64,000 nt of DNA from a virus (Duplodnaviria > Caudoviricetes). The notes beneath the pieces were generated by a model. The model was not told where the DNA came from, did not search any database, and saw only the letters and a program-made list of their open reading frames with translations. This document shows positions 1-10,522 of the stretch, piece after piece; positions within the stretch are counted from its first letter, which is position 1, and every line of letters starts with the position of its first letter. The position numbers and the translations under genes are program-made. The stretch lies in the IMG/VR virus record IMGVR_UViG_3300010429_001617; one strand, 5' to 3'.

Positions 1-2
1 CG

Positions 3-2090
3 GCTATTGATGCTGGTGTTGATGTTGGATTACCTTATAGTGGAACAGCTCCAGATATAGGTGCTTTTGAATATACTGGATTCACTGGTAATATTTATTA
101 TGTTTCAAGCAGTAGCGGTGATGATAGTTATGACGGAACAATAGAAAATCCTTGGAAAACTATTAATAAAGTTAATTCTTATTCAGCAAATTATAATGCT
201 GGTGATTCTATTTTATTTAAAAAGGGAGATACTTTTATATTAACTGAAAAATTATTTATTGATAAAAGTGGTGATTCTGGCGGAACTATAACAATTAGCT
301 CATATGGAACTGGTGAAAATCCGATTCTTTCTGGGTTTGAAGTGCTTTCTGGTTGGACAAGTTATGGTGATGGTATATACTACACAAACACGTCATGTGA
401 TACACAAGATGAATATTCACAAGTTTATATAGTGATAGTGGATGGCGTCAATACTCCAATGGGAAGGTATCCGAAAAGTGATTGGTTATCTTATGATCAT
501 GCCGATTATGATGGACAATATTATTTTACTGATTCTCATTTAACTGGGGCAACAAATTGGACCGGAGCCGAAGCCGTGATGCAGAAAGTGAGATGGATGG
601 TAGATAGAAACAAAATTACGTCTCATTCCGGCACAAGAGTAAATTATTTAAAAGGATCTAATTGGTATGCATCCGATAACTATGGATATTTTTTCCAAAA
701 TGACATAAAATGTTTGACCGAGCTTGGTGACTGGTGTTACACAGGGAACACAATTTATATGTATTTTGGTGGAGTTGATCCCAGTACAAAGATTGTTAAA
801 ATTGCAACCAGGAACACTGGCATAGAGGTATATTATAAAAGCTACCAAACTTATGAAAATTTAACAGTTGAAGGAATTAATTGGTATGGTTTTAATAATA
901 GAGCCAGTTTAAATATATCTATTAAAAATTGTGAGTTTAGATTTATTGGTATGTATGGAATATTAAACAATCCGTTTGATGGTACTTCTTCTATATACAT
1001 AGATTCTAATTATTTGCATGATATTACAGGAACAGCCATCAATATTAGAGGTTATGGTCATTCTATGATTATAAAAAACAACGATTTGGAAAACATAGGA
1101 ATGCTTCCAGGTGGTGTAGCATTATCAGCAGATGACGTGTGGGCAGACGGTATTGTTGTTGTCCACGATGGCACTATTGTAGAAAATAATAGATTGATAA
1201 ACATAGGACATATTGGCATAAAGTGCATGACGGCTAGTGATTTAACGATAAGATATAATTATGTTGATGGTTTCGGTCTAACTCGATATGATGCTGGCGG
1301 CATCTATACGTGGGATGATAGTGTAACAAGATCTGGCAATACTATTGATCACAACATATTAATGAATAGTCGTCAAACAAGTGATTCTATTGGCGGTGAC
1401 ACTTATTTGGCTCTTTATGGAATATATCATGACGAGCATGGCGAAGGATGGGTAGATAGTTTCAACACATCATATAACTGTAGTTCATCTGGATTATTAA
1501 TATTAGCATCAAATAATATTACGGTGTCTGGTAACACATTTTATAATAATGGAGAATCACAACTATCGATTAGCGACTTTTGGTTCGATGTTTATGTTAC
1601 TGGAAATACAATAAAAGACAATTATTTCATATCAAGGACATTAGATCAACTATGCATGGAATGCAATTCTCAATATGACGCAATAAGAGACATCGGTTTA
1701 TTTGACAATAATATTTACGCTAGACCAATTGATGACAATCTAACCATAACAACGAATACAAATATGTATAATCCAGATCCAACTTATTTGACATTAAATG
1801 GTTGGAAAACATATAGTAGTCAAGATTCCAATTCCAATAAATCGCCTGTGACTTTAGATAATGTGAACAAAATTTTATTTTATTATAATACTGGCGCTAC
1901 ATCCAGGACTATTTCTTTATCAAGTGATTATAAAGATGTCGCCAATAATTCATATTCAACAAGTGTCACAGTAGACTCCTTTGAATCCATTGTCTTATTG
2001 GAATATTCTCCGTCAGTTTTAACCAAATCATATTCAATTGGAGGGCGTCCTTTATCTATTAACGGAAAAGTTATTATAATTTCTGGGTAA
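3..2090 (+). CDS. Right-handed parallel beta-helix (pectin lyase-like) repeat protein, 5' partial; possible tailspike/depolymerase
   Basis: The frame is open from the window edge (AIDAGVDVGLPYSGTAPDIGAFEY, then IYYVSSSSGDDSYDGTIENPWKTINKVN), upstream of the listed 342 start. Contains Asn/Gly-rich beta-helix repeats and DAGGIY / GIYHD motifs. Confidence 0.75.
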   Translation, partial: AIDAGVDVGLPYSGTAPDIGAFEYTGFTGNIYYVSSSSGDDSYDGTIENPWKTINKVNSYSANYNAGDSILFKKGDTFILTEKLFIDKSGDSGGTITISSYGTGENPILSGFEVLSGWTSYGDGIYYTNTSCDTQDEYSQVYIVIVDGVNTPMGRYPKSDWLSYDHADYDGQYYFTDSHLTGATNWTGAEAVMQKVRWMVDRNKITSHSGTRVNYLKGSNWYASDNYGYFFQNDIKCLTELGDWCYTGNTIYMYFGGVDPSTKIVKIATRNTGIEVYYKSYQTYENLTVEGINWYGFNNRASLNISIKNCEFRFIGMYGILNNPFDGTSSIYIDSNYLHDITGTAINIRGYGHSMIIKNNDLENIGMLPGGVALSADDVWADGIVVVHDGTIVENNRLINIGHIGIKCMTASDLTIRYNYVDGFGLTRYDAGGIYTWDDSVTRSGNTIDHNILMNSRQTSDSIGGDTYLALYGIYHDEHGEGWVDSFNTSYNCSSSGLLILASNNITVSGNTFYNNGESQLSISDFWFDVYVTGNTIKDNYFISRTLDQLCMECNSQYDAIRDIGLFDNNIYARPIDDNLTITTNTNMYNPDPTYLTLNGWKTYSSQDSNSNKSPVTLDNVNKILFYYNTGATSRTISLSSDYKDVANNSYSTSVTVDSFESIVLLEYSPSVLTKSYSIGGRPLSINGKVIIISG

Positions 2091-2156
2091 TTAATTTTTT
2101 ATTTATAAACAATTTCTTAATTTTGCTCTAACATATGATAAAATTAGGAAATTGTT

Positions 2157-2771
2157 ATGAACATTGGAAAATTGACAAAAAGATTAGAAGAATATCGATT
2201 GGATGATTATTTAGATATATTACTGAGCGAAAATCCGTCCAATAATAGACCTTATCACAATTTGTATCACATACTTTGTGTGGTAGATTTTTGTTATAAG
2301 ATAGGTAGGAATTGTGGTTTAACAAAATATGAATTAAGAACTTTGATGTTGGCCGCTATTTTTCATGATTTTGGTTATTATTCTAAAATTGATGCTGAAA
2401 ATATAAAAAGGGCTATAGAATTTTTTAACATCTATTCACACGAAAGCCAGCATACAAATGATAAAGTGATAAAAATAATACAAGCGACCCAATATCCATA
2501 TATCATCAGTGACAATGAATTGAATCTCAGTCAGAAAGTTATAAGGGATTCGGATCTGTTACAATGGACCAAAAAGAATTTTATTGAGCAGGTAATTCTG
2601 GGTCTGTCAAAAGAAATGGAAATCCCCATAGATAAGTTTATAGAAGGACAAACTAAATTTATGTTGGGTTTGAAGTTTTATACAGAAATGGGTCAAGAAA
2701 TTTACGATGAGAATATTGATAAAAAAATAAAAGAGGTTGAAGAATATAAAAAGAATAAAAATATTTTATAA
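2157..2771 (+). CDS. HD-domain phosphohydrolase
   Basis: YHNLYH...AAIFHDFG...IRDSDL motifs. Confidence 0.8.
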   Translation: MNIGKLTKRLEEYRLDDYLDILLSENPSNNRPYHNLYHILCVVDFCYKIGRNCGLTKYELRTLMLAAIFHDFGYYSKIDAENIKRAIEFFNIYSHESQHTNDKVIKIIQATQYPYIISDNELNLSQKVIRDSDLLQWTKKNFIEQVILGLSKEMEIPIDKFIEGQTKFMLGLKFYTEMGQEIYDENIDKKIKEVEEYKKNKNIL

Positions 2772-2847
2772 TATTTTTATTTTATATGAAAATTTTATTT
2801 AAATTTGTGAAATATATCCAAAAACAATAATCAAAAAAATAGAAAAC

Positions 2848-4005
2848 ATGAAAAACGAAGAACCATTTGTGGTTGAAGCAACTGTTGTTGAGACAACTGA
2901 AAAAAACCAAAACTCAAAGAATGATGTTAAAATTATCAAACTGGATCCAACTAAAAAATTGGATCTATCTAAGTATGACCCACAACAGATAGAGAAAGCA
3001 AAAGAGATTTCAAAATCTCTTTCTGTGGAAGATACCAATTCGATTTTAAATTATGGCATTGAGCTGCAATCAAAATTGTCAAATTACAGCTCAGAAATAT
3101 TGAGTAATGTTCGAAACATAGACACTGGTGAAATGGGTGAAGTGGTTCAAGATCTTTTATCTGAATTGAATATGATAAAAATCGAAGAACCAAAAAACGC
3201 TCTCTCCCGTGTTGTTTCTAATCTTCCTGTTATAAGGGGATTAGTAAATAAAACAAAGAAAATGCTCATTAAATATGATAAAGTCAGTGGTAATATTGAT
3301 AATATCGTTGTTAAAATTGATCAAGGAAGATTATCTCTGTTGAAAGATATTAACTTGCTCGATAAAATGTTTGATAAGAATGTTGAATATATCGATGATC
3401 TGGATTCCTATATTTTGGCTGCTCGTATGAAAATAGATGAATTAGAACAAAATATCGCTGAGATGGAAGTATCTGGTAATTTCGAGCCATTTGAAATACA
3501 AGATGCTAAAGGATATTTGGATAGGCTAAAAAAGAAATTGACAGATCTGCTTCTAACAAAAGAAGTTACAATTCAAACTCTCCCACAAATACGAATTATT
3601 CAGGGTAATAACTCCATCATGGTAGAAAAGATCCAAAGTGCTGTTACAAATACTATTCCTCTATGGAGAAATCACATCTGTATGTCTGTGGCTATAGATA
3701 AACAGAAGAGGGTGATCGAAATTCAGAAAAAAATCAATGAAACCACGAACCAAATCATATTGAAGAACTCTGAAAAATTGAAAGAAAATAGCGTTAGTGT
3801 GGCTAAATTGAATGAAGAAACCATTGTTGATATAGACACTTTGAAGAAAGTGAATCAGGATTTGATCAACACACTGGATGAAATTTTGAAAATCAAAAAA
3901 GAAGGCGACATAAAGAGAGCTACCATTGAAAAAGAGCTCGAAGTGATCGATAAAGAGATCAAAGATAAGGTCATGGAGACACAAAAATTAATCTCTACAA
4001 AATGA
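2848..4005 (+). CDS. telA: Toxic anion resistance protein (TelA/KlaA/YaaN family)
   Basis: ILNYGIELQ N-terminal part, QTLPQIRIIQGNN...KIQSAVTNTIPLW motif, coiled coil. Confidence 0.85.
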   Translation: MKNEEPFVVEATVVETTEKNQNSKNDVKIIKLDPTKKLDLSKYDPQQIEKAKEISKSLSVEDTNSILNYGIELQSKLSNYSSEILSNVRNIDTGEMGEVVQDLLSELNMIKIEEPKNALSRVVSNLPVIRGLVNKTKKMLIKYDKVSGNIDNIVVKIDQGRLSLLKDINLLDKMFDKNVEYIDDLDSYILAARMKIDELEQNIAEMEVSGNFEPFEIQDAKGYLDRLKKKLTDLLLTKEVTIQTLPQIRIIQGNNSIMVEKIQSAVTNTIPLWRNHICMSVAIDKQKRVIEIQKKINETTNQIILKNSEKLKENSVSVAKLNEETIVDIDTLKKVNQDLINTLDEILKIKKEGDIKRATIEKELEVIDKEIKDKVMETQKLISTK

Positions 4006-4649
4006 TGAATTTTAAGACTTATGAAGAATGGGCATCTGAAAAAACATCAGGTGCCCAACATAGTCCAGAAACTTGTGTTTCTGAAAATAATGTTCGTTGG
4101 ATGAAAATGACGAAAATCTATGAGCCGACTTTTATAGATGATAAAAAGAAATATGAAATAAAAAATAATATGATAAGGGTGCATGATTTATATTTTGATA
4201 ACGACATTTTATTGTTCTTGAATTATGACGACATGAATGTTTTTATCAATAATATTAAAAAATTAAAAGTTGTTGGAAAGGGAGCTGATTACTCAACCGT
4301 CTTTGAGATCATTAATGAAAAAGATGAGAAAATGTTCATCGCTCTAAAAAATAACGTTTTTTATAAATATGAAAATAAAATTGTATCGGTTATTCCAGAT
4401 ATAAATGAGGATGATATAACAAAAAATATATCCGATTTCAATGTTGAAATAGAAAAATTGAAAATAGAGTTAGATGATTTGGACGGCAACAAAGAAATGA
4501 TTATTGATAACGACACGATGGAACTATTGATGGGTTACAAAGAAAAAATCAAGAATTATTATGATGATATTGTTGAAAAACAAAATAATATAGATGTCCA
4601 AAAAGACAATCTGGAATTAATGATGGAGACAGAAATACTAAAACTATAA
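4002..4649 (+). CDS. Hypothetical protein in the telA operon
   Basis: 215 aa ORF overlapping the telA stop; C-terminal coiled coil. Confidence 0.6.
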   Translation: MMNFKTYEEWASEKTSGAQHSPETCVSENNVRWMKMTKIYEPTFIDDKKKYEIKNNMIRVHDLYFDNDILLFLNYDDMNVFINNIKKLKVVGKGADYSTVFEIINEKDEKMFIALKNNVFYKYENKIVSVIPDINEDDITKNISDFNVEIEKLKIELDDLDGNKEMIIDNDTMELLMGYKEKIKNYYDDIVEKQNNIDVQKDNLELMMETEILKL

Positions 4650-4653
4650 GAAA

Positions 4654-5490
4654 ATGATTGTTGGTAAAACTATAAAGAGTGGAATTCCTGTTACTTTGAA
4701 AAATGGTAAATATATTATCAAAAAAGAAGATAAATATTATACTATTGATCAAAAATATGTCATATTCTTATCTTCAAAAGAGATAGGAACGCTTGGCGGT
4801 GTTCCTGTGTCACAAGATAATTTTGGCACATATAAAATAGATAAAAATAAAAAGCATTATTTGACACCAGATGAAAGATCAGATATCATTTTTAATCAAA
4901 GTCCATCAAGTTTGGTTAGAGTTATGTCAAATACTACCGTTGTCAAATCAGAAAAAAGAAATCTTCTACAAAGAATCATAGAAAGAATTTTTAATATTTT
5001 TAAAAGAAAAGAAGAAACCGATATTGATTCTACTGAATTAGATATATTGAAAGTTCAGGAAAATAATTATAGAATATCCAGCGAATCGATGGCTAAAATA
5101 AACAAACTAAAGTTTTATATGGACAGTTTTAAAACTTTTCCTCTTTTACAAGACATCTATGATTATACTAAAATGTTTCACGATACAGTGATTCAAAATA
5201 ATTCGAAATTACAACTAATCGAACAGTTCCACTTATATTATACAGATCATTTTATTGAACTTTTTGATAAAATTATTGAGAATAATAAAATGAGAATATC
5301 TCTTATCGAGAAAAGGAAAGAAAAAATTAAAAAGGATATTGTTGCGATAGAGAAAAAAAGCAACGCTGAATTAAGTAAAATAGATAGAGTTAATAAAATA
5401 AAGGACGAGTCATTGAAATATGAAAATATGGTTATTAAGCAAATATTAAATGATTTCGATCAAAAAATAGCATCAGATAATACTCGTTAA
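4654..5490 (+). CDS. XpaC-like partner of TelA (tentative)
   Basis: EQFHLYYTDHFIELFDKI resembles the XpaC aromatic motif; gene lies near telA. Confidence 0.4.
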   Translation: MIVGKTIKSGIPVTLKNGKYIIKKEDKYYTIDQKYVIFLSSKEIGTLGGVPVSQDNFGTYKIDKNKKHYLTPDERSDIIFNQSPSSLVRVMSNTTVVKSEKRNLLQRIIERIFNIFKRKEETDIDSTELDILKVQENNYRISSESMAKINKLKFYMDSFKTFPLLQDIYDYTKMFHDTVIQNNSKLQLIEQFHLYYTDHFIELFDKIIENNKMRISLIEKRKEKIKKDIVAIEKKSNAELSKIDRVNKIKDESLKYENMVIKQILNDFDQKIASDNTR

Positions 5491-5539
5491 AAATTTGTTT
5501 TTTGTTTTTTTTTTCATGTGAAGAAGATCTTCTCCATCT

Positions 5540-6040
5540 TTAAGATGTGGGAAGATCTTCTTTTAATAAATCTTTGACTTGATTTGATGACACATAAGAA
5601 TATATTTTATCTTGATTTTGAAAATTATGTATGGGCAATTTTTCTACCTCTGAATACATATAATTTGAGAAATTTATCATTTCATCTATACCAATTTTAT
5701 ATTCAAATGGTGGTTTATAACTTTCTGGAAATCTGTTTTTAAATAAAGATATATCTCTTAGTATAACACTTCTTATAATATATAATTTATTATTATAAAT
5801 ATTAGATTTTTCTTTCAAAACTTCATCTATATGAAGTCTGAATCTATGCATTATGTTTGGGGTATCTACTATCTTCAAAAGCCCGATAACATAAGCACTG
5901 TCTTCGTCTATTGTGGTCGGTTTATTTTCTTCTATGATTTTATTAATTTCATCGTTTGTTTTATCTTTTAAACAGAATCTTCTATAATCGTACCACAAAC
6001 AACGTTTTATTATGTCTTCTGGAGTTATTAAAATTTGCAT
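5540..6040 (-). CDS. Hypothetical protein
   Basis: 166 aa ORF. Confidence 0.6.
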   Translation of the reverse strand: MQILITPEDIIKRCLWYDYRRFCLKDKTNDEINKIIEENKPTTIDEDSAYVIGLLKIVDTPNIMHRFRLHIDEVLKEKSNIYNNKLYIIRSVILRDISLFKNRFPESYKPPFEYKIGIDEMINFSNYMYSEVEKLPIHNFQNQDKIYSYVSSNQVKDLLKEDLPTS

Positions 6041-6078
6041 ACAAAGTGTTATTGTTTTTTTAAGAGATATATATTTAA

Positions 6079-7089
6079 TTATTTTCCATATAAATTTATA
6101 TCATTTTTCATCATTATTTCAACTAGTTCTTTAAAATGAACTTTTGGTTCCCATCCTAAAATAGTTTTCGCTTTTGTCGCATCCCCCAATAAAGTATCCA
6201 CTTCAGATGGTCTGAAATATTTTGGATCAATTTTAACTACGGTTTTTCCATCTCTGTCAATGCCCTTTTCATCTAATCCTTCACCGATCCATGTTATTGT
6301 TCCTCTATTTAAATATTGAAAAGCTTCTTCAACAAATTCTTTATTTGAATGTTGTTCGCCTGTTGCTAGTACGAAATCATCTGGTATTGGATGTTGTAAC
6401 ATCAGCCACATGCCATAAATAAAATCTTTAGCGTATCCCCAATCTCTTTTGGCTTTTAAATTTCCTAATAAAATTGGTTCTCCTTTCGCCGTCCAATTTA
6501 CTAATCCTTTTGTTATTTTTCTTGTGACAAATGTTTCTCCGCGCCTTTCGCCTTCGTGATTAAATAATATGCCATTTGAAATAAATAAATTATAAGACTC
6601 TCTATAATTTTTTGCGATATTAAATGCGTATTGCTTTGCTATACCATATGGAGAAACAGGATTAAATGGTGTTTTTTCATTTTGTGGTATTTCTAGAACT
6701 TTACCAAAAAGTTCTGATGTACTGGCCTGATAGAATCTACATTCAGGAACATGTTTTTTCATCGCCTCTAAAATTTTTAAAGTCCCTAAAGCGTCAACTT
6801 GTCCAGTGTATTCTGGTAATTCAAAAGATACTCCGACATGTGACTGTGCAGCTAAATTATAAATTTCATCTGGTTTGACTTTAAAAATTATATTATCTAT
6901 AGACAATGAATCGGTCATGTCACCATAATGAAGAATCAGTTCATTATATATGTGATCTATTCTACCTGTGTTGAAAGAGCTTGATCTTCTTCTCATACCA
7001 TGAACTTCATAACCTTTTTCTAATAAGAGATCGGCCAAATGAGATCCAGATTGACCTGTTATACCAGTGATCAAAGCTTTCTTCTTCAT
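6079..7089 (-). CDS. gmd: GDP-mannose 4,6-dehydratase
   Basis: [62 protein letters not shown]. Confidence 0.95.
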   Translation of the reverse strand: MKKKALITGITGQSGSHLADLLLEKGYEVHGMRRRSSSFNTGRIDHIYNELILHYGDMTDSLSIDNIIFKVKPDEIYNLAAQSHVGVSFELPEYTGQVDALGTLKILEAMKKHVPECRFYQASTSELFGKVLEIPQNEKTPFNPVSPYGIAKQYAFNIAKNYRESYNLFISNGILFNHEGERRGETFVTRKITKGLVNWTAKGEPILLGNLKAKRDWGYAKDFIYGMWLMLQHPIPDDFVLATGEQHSNKEFVEEAFQYLNRGTITWIGEGLDEKGIDRDGKTVVKIDPKYFRPSEVDTLLGDATKAKTILGWEPKVHFKELVEIMMKNDINLYGK

Positions 7090-7335
7090 AAAATTTTATT
7101 ATTTTTTATGTAAATTCTAGATAGAATAAACATTTTTTTTTATTTGAACTACATCCGCAAGATATTTCAAATCATTGTAAATATTTTTTAAATATAAATT
7201 ATTTATTTTATATGGATTAATTGAAAAAAGTTTATTAAATTTGCATCTCTTTATAATATTATTTATCAACAACATAAAAAAGTTTAAAAAAATAGAGAAA
7301 AACAATAAATATTTTTTTATATCAGACAAAGATCT

Positions 7336-7343
7336 TATCTTTG
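7336..7343 (+). promoter_or_regulatory. Representative Bacteroidota sigma-A -7 element TAnnTTTG
   Basis: Also at 2118, 2800, 12713(-), 26832(-), 35401, 37670 and 38691, each upstream of a gene. Confidence 0.6.
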
Positions 7344-7391
7344 TATCAACAAACGACAAACAAAAAGTTCAACAATTAAAAACACAAAACA

Positions 7392-8006
7392 ATGGCCACT
7401 AAGGGAAATTTATTTACTAAAGCAAAACAAGCTGAAAAACCAGCCACTAAGAAAAATGATAAACTCAATGTTGTTATAGAAGATGGTGAATTCGAAAAAA
7501 GCCTTGTTAAAATGGCTGAAATCACTGAACAAATTGATTATCTGACAGCTGAATTGGCTGTTGCTCAGGGTGTTGTTAAGGAATACGGTATGAACACCTT
7601 CAATGATGTTTATGAAAAATCTGGTGGATATCCTGGTTCTTTCATAATGTCAACTCCTTCAAAGGCTTCTGTTATGTTTGTGCCAACTGACAGATATATT
7701 AAATGTGATGAAAATCGTTTTAATGAATTAAAAGAAGCTTATGGTGACGATGTAGTTACTGAAAAAACTGAATTTGTTATCAATGCCAACTTACTAGAAA
7801 AATACGGTGAAATTCTCAGCACTCTTATTGAAAATTGTGATGAAATTCCCGAGGACGATAAAGCCGCTTTATTCCAGGCAAAAACATCGTATTCAGTTAC
7901 TAGTGGAGCCATTGAAAAGGCTTTCACTTGGGGAAAAGGTAAAGTTAAAGATTTTATCAAAGATATTCAGCCAGTCTTCAGTATGAGGGGAGCCAAATCT
8001 AAATAA
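7392..8006 (+). CDS. Hypothetical protein, probably early and highly expressed
   Basis: 204 aa ORF with TATCTTTG box upstream (7336-7343) and a hairpin downstream. Confidence 0.7.
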   Translation: MATKGNLFTKAKQAEKPATKKNDKLNVVIEDGEFEKSLVKMAEITEQIDYLTAELAVAQGVVKEYGMNTFNDVYEKSGGYPGSFIMSTPSKASVMFVPTDRYIKCDENRFNELKEAYGDDVVTEKTEFVINANLLEKYGEILSTLIENCDEIPEDDKAALFQAKTSYSVTSGAIEKAFTWGKGKVKDFIKDIQPVFSMRGAKSK

Positions 8007-8020
8007 TTGAAAAAAAAAAA

Positions 8021-8054
8021 TGAAATCTTGGAGATAACGATCTCCAAGATTTCA
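8021..8054. terminator. Perfect 15-bp hairpin (terminator or processing site)
   Basis: tgaaatcttggagat-aacg-atctccaagatttca. Confidence 0.6.
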
Positions 8055-8080
8055 CTATAACAAATTAAATCTATACCACC

Positions 8081-8311
8081 ATGAAAGAAAAAAAGATTAG
8101 AATTTTGGAAAACCGCCCAAAAAAAGTTCAAAAGATCGAAAATCTTAGTGCTAAACAAGCTCAAATTTATTTATCTTTTCTCACGGACGGAAAAGAGAAA
8201 TGGGCATCTGATATTCGTCCTTTCGATGGTATAGAGAAGAAAGACAAAGAAGATAAAATACGATTCAAATTTGAAAAAGAAAATGATGTTTGGTATTTAA
8301 GAATTCATTAA
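8081..8311 (+). CDS. Hypothetical protein
   Basis: 76 aa ORF ending 1 nt before the next gene. Confidence 0.55.
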   Translation: MKEKKIRILENRPKKVQKIENLSAKQAQIYLSFLTDGKEKWASDIRPFDGIEKKDKEDKIRFKFEKENDVWYLRIH

Positions 8312-8312
8312 A

Positions 8313-8840
8313 ATGGACGATAATTTCATAAACAAAATAAGAGAGATCGCTGTCAATAAACACGATCACCCTGGTGACTCTCAAAGATATGGGACCGCTC
8401 CTTATTCAGCTCATTTGGATGATGTGGCTTCATACGCGACGAAATATATTTATTTGGTTGATGAAAGTAAGCAGGAAGTTGTACTTGGCGCCGCATATAC
8501 TCACGATCTAATTGAAGACACTGATATGGATATCAACACGTTGAGAAGATTAACAAATGATGATATAGCGGAATTAGTTTTTTTGGTTTCAAATGAAAGA
8601 GGAAGAGATAGAAAAGAGCGCAACTTCAAAACATATCCTAAAATTTGGAACAATCGTTTAGCTATCTTTTTAAAACTTTGTGATAGACTAGCTAACACCA
8701 GAAATTCTAGAAACACAGGACACCGTATGTTTGAAGTTTACAAGAAAGAATATCCAGTTTTCCGTTACGCTTTAAAACAAGACTCAGGTGATCCTTATCA
8801 AGATATGTGGAATGAATTAGATGAATTAAACGCAATATGA
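8313..8840 (+). CDS. Stand-alone SpoT/Mesh1-like HD hydrolase (small alarmone hydrolase-like)
   Basis: QRYG..PYSAHL..V, AYTHDLIEDT, KLCDRLAN. Confidence 0.8.
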   Translation: MDDNFINKIREIAVNKHDHPGDSQRYGTAPYSAHLDDVASYATKYIYLVDESKQEVVLGAAYTHDLIEDTDMDINTLRRLTNDDIAELVFLVSNERGRDRKERNFKTYPKIWNNRLAIFLKLCDRLANTRNSRNTGHRMFEVYKKEYPVFRYALKQDSGDPYQDMWNELDELNAI

Positions 8841-9451
8841 AATATATTTATCCTCCAAGACCAGAAAATAAAATTCCAAGAGCAAATTTGAATAAATTTG
8901 ATAATGGAGAATTCATGGCTGAGCCGAAATTCAACGGTTCTTGTTGCGAGATATATGTTGACGAACCAATTTCTGTAATGAACAGACACAACGAATCACT
9001 TAGTAATTTCAAAATAAAAGACGATGAAATAATGGATATTTTGAATATTGGTGAAGGAAAAAATGTTTTCTGTGGCGAGTATATGAATAAGTCAAAAAAA
9101 GATAAAAATGGAAATATATTTAATCACAAGTTTGTTATCTTTGATATCATTGTTCTGAATGATGTTCATTTGTTGGGAACTACTTTCATTGAAAGATATG
9201 AAATGTTGAAGAAGATGTTCAATTTTATTGATGAGGATGAATTTACTTATAAAATAACAGATAATTTGTTTTTAACGAAAATGTATGAAGATAACTTTTG
9301 TGAATTGTGGGATGAATTTATAAAAACAGATATGATAGAAGGATTTGTATTGAAAAGGAAAAATGCTAAACTTGAGCCTGGTGTGCGCGAAAAAAACAAC
9401 ACGCTATCTCAAATTAAATGCCGAAAAGAAACGAAAAATTATAGTTATTAA
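8837..9451 (+). CDS. ATP-dependent ligase, nucleotidyltransferase domain only
   Basis: Motif I EPKFNG, III GEY, IIIa FDII, IV EGFVLK, V IKCR; no OB domain. Confidence 0.75.
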   Translation: MKYIYPPRPENKIPRANLNKFDNGEFMAEPKFNGSCCEIYVDEPISVMNRHNESLSNFKIKDDEIMDILNIGEGKNVFCGEYMNKSKKDKNGNIFNHKFVIFDIIVLNDVHLLGTTFIERYEMLKKMFNFIDEDEFTYKITDNLFLTKMYEDNFCELWDEFIKTDMIEGFVLKRKNAKLEPGVREKNNTLSQIKCRKETKNYSY

Positions 9452-9480
9452 AAAATATTGTTTGTGTGTTTTAATTGTGA

Positions 9481-9510
9481 AAAAAAGGGAATCATATGGT
9501 TCCCTTTTTT
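9481..9510. terminator. Bidirectional intrinsic terminator
   Basis: aaaaaagggaa-tcatatgg-ttccctttttt between convergent genes. Confidence 0.75.
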
Positions 9511-9512
9511 TT

Positions 9513-9827
9513 TTATTTCAATTGGTCTGGTGATGTGATTCCTTCGACTGTTGTTTGTTCACTGAACAAATCAGCTGGTGGCTCATCAACAATTTCAACA
9601 TCATCGAATGAGATGTCATCCAGACCACTCAAATCTATGCCAACATCGGAAGCATCAACAACGTTTTCAACTTTACCCTCAGCTTGCATTTTTTCTAATT
9701 GCTCTTTTTGCAGAGCCTCAAAAAATTCTTTTCGTCTTTTTTCGACTAATTTCTTATCTTCTTCTAATCTGACTTTGAAAGAATGAAGACGTTTCTTGTG
9801 ATCTTTTCTGTGTTTTGATTTTGGCAT
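9513..9827 (-). CDS. Hypothetical protein (basic N-terminus, acidic C-terminus)
   Basis: MPKSKHRKDHKKR... 104 aa. Confidence 0.6.
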   Translation of the reverse strand: MPKSKHRKDHKKRLHSFKVRLEEDKKLVEKRRKEFFEALQKEQLEKMQAEGKVENVVDASDVGIDLSGLDDISFDDVEIVDEPPADLFSEQTTVEGITSPDQLK

Positions 9828-9860
9828 ATTATTAAATGTTTTTTATTTATACTTAAATTT

Positions 9861-10403
9861 TCATAATTTGTTTTTATTTTTTATCATTTCTCTCATTTCT
9901 TCAACAAATTTAACAGCTTCTAATTCCAAATCTATTTTATTTCCATTATTTTGAACGATTTTATCATAATTATAATCATTCACATTTTTGTCGGAATCGT
10001 TATCTGGCACCTTTCTATCATCTCTTTTTATCAATAAAGTAAAACACTCGTCTCCATACTTATCTTTAAACTTTTGTATTTCTTTTGGCTCGCGACAGTG
10101 AATGAAATATATTATGGATTGTTTATTTTTTTTATTTAGTTTATTATAATGAGCTTCTATTTGTTTTACCATATCTTCAAAGGGTCCATTATTAAACTCA
10201 GCCCAAACTCTTTTTATTTCTGATAGAAATTTTCTAGCTGGTTCTGTTTTCTTTCCATTCCAACCAAAATCTTTTAGTGCTATCTTTTTTACTTTATCTA
10301 TTGTTGACAAATTCAAAGCTTTTTTGTCATAATGTTTTATGAAAAAATTGGCAAAATTGTCTTTACCGGTCTTACCTGAGCCGTTGATCATAATTATCAT
10401 CAT
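9861..10403 (-). CDS. P-loop kinase (dNMP kinase-like)
   Basis: Walker A-like GSGKTGKD, IHCREPKE, YDKIVQNNG. Confidence 0.65.
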   Translation of the reverse strand: MMIIMINGSGKTGKDNFANFFIKHYDKKALNLSTIDKVKKIALKDFGWNGKKTEPARKFLSEIKRVWAEFNNGPFEDMVKQIEAHYNKLNKKNKQSIIYFIHCREPKEIQKFKDKYGDECFTLLIKRDDRKVPDNDSDKNVNDYNYDKIVQNNGNKIDLELEAVKFVEEMREMIKNKNKL

Positions 10404-10490
10404 ATCAATTACATATGTTATTTTTTTAAATTAAAAAATTTATTGTCATATATAAATTAAAAATCTTTGTGAGTTTTAAAAATTTTAGCA

Positions 10491-10521
10491 AAAAAAAAGA
10501 GGTCTAAAAAGACCTCTTTTT
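10491..10521. terminator. Intrinsic terminator
   Basis: aaaaaaaagaggtc-taaaaa-gacctcttttt directly after the SPFH gene. Confidence 0.75.
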
Positions 10522-10522
10522 G

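Noticed and set aside
7117-7359. 80-aa minus-strand ORF
   Set aside because: Low-complexity AT-rich divergent promoter region with a non-ATG start and no recognisable motif.
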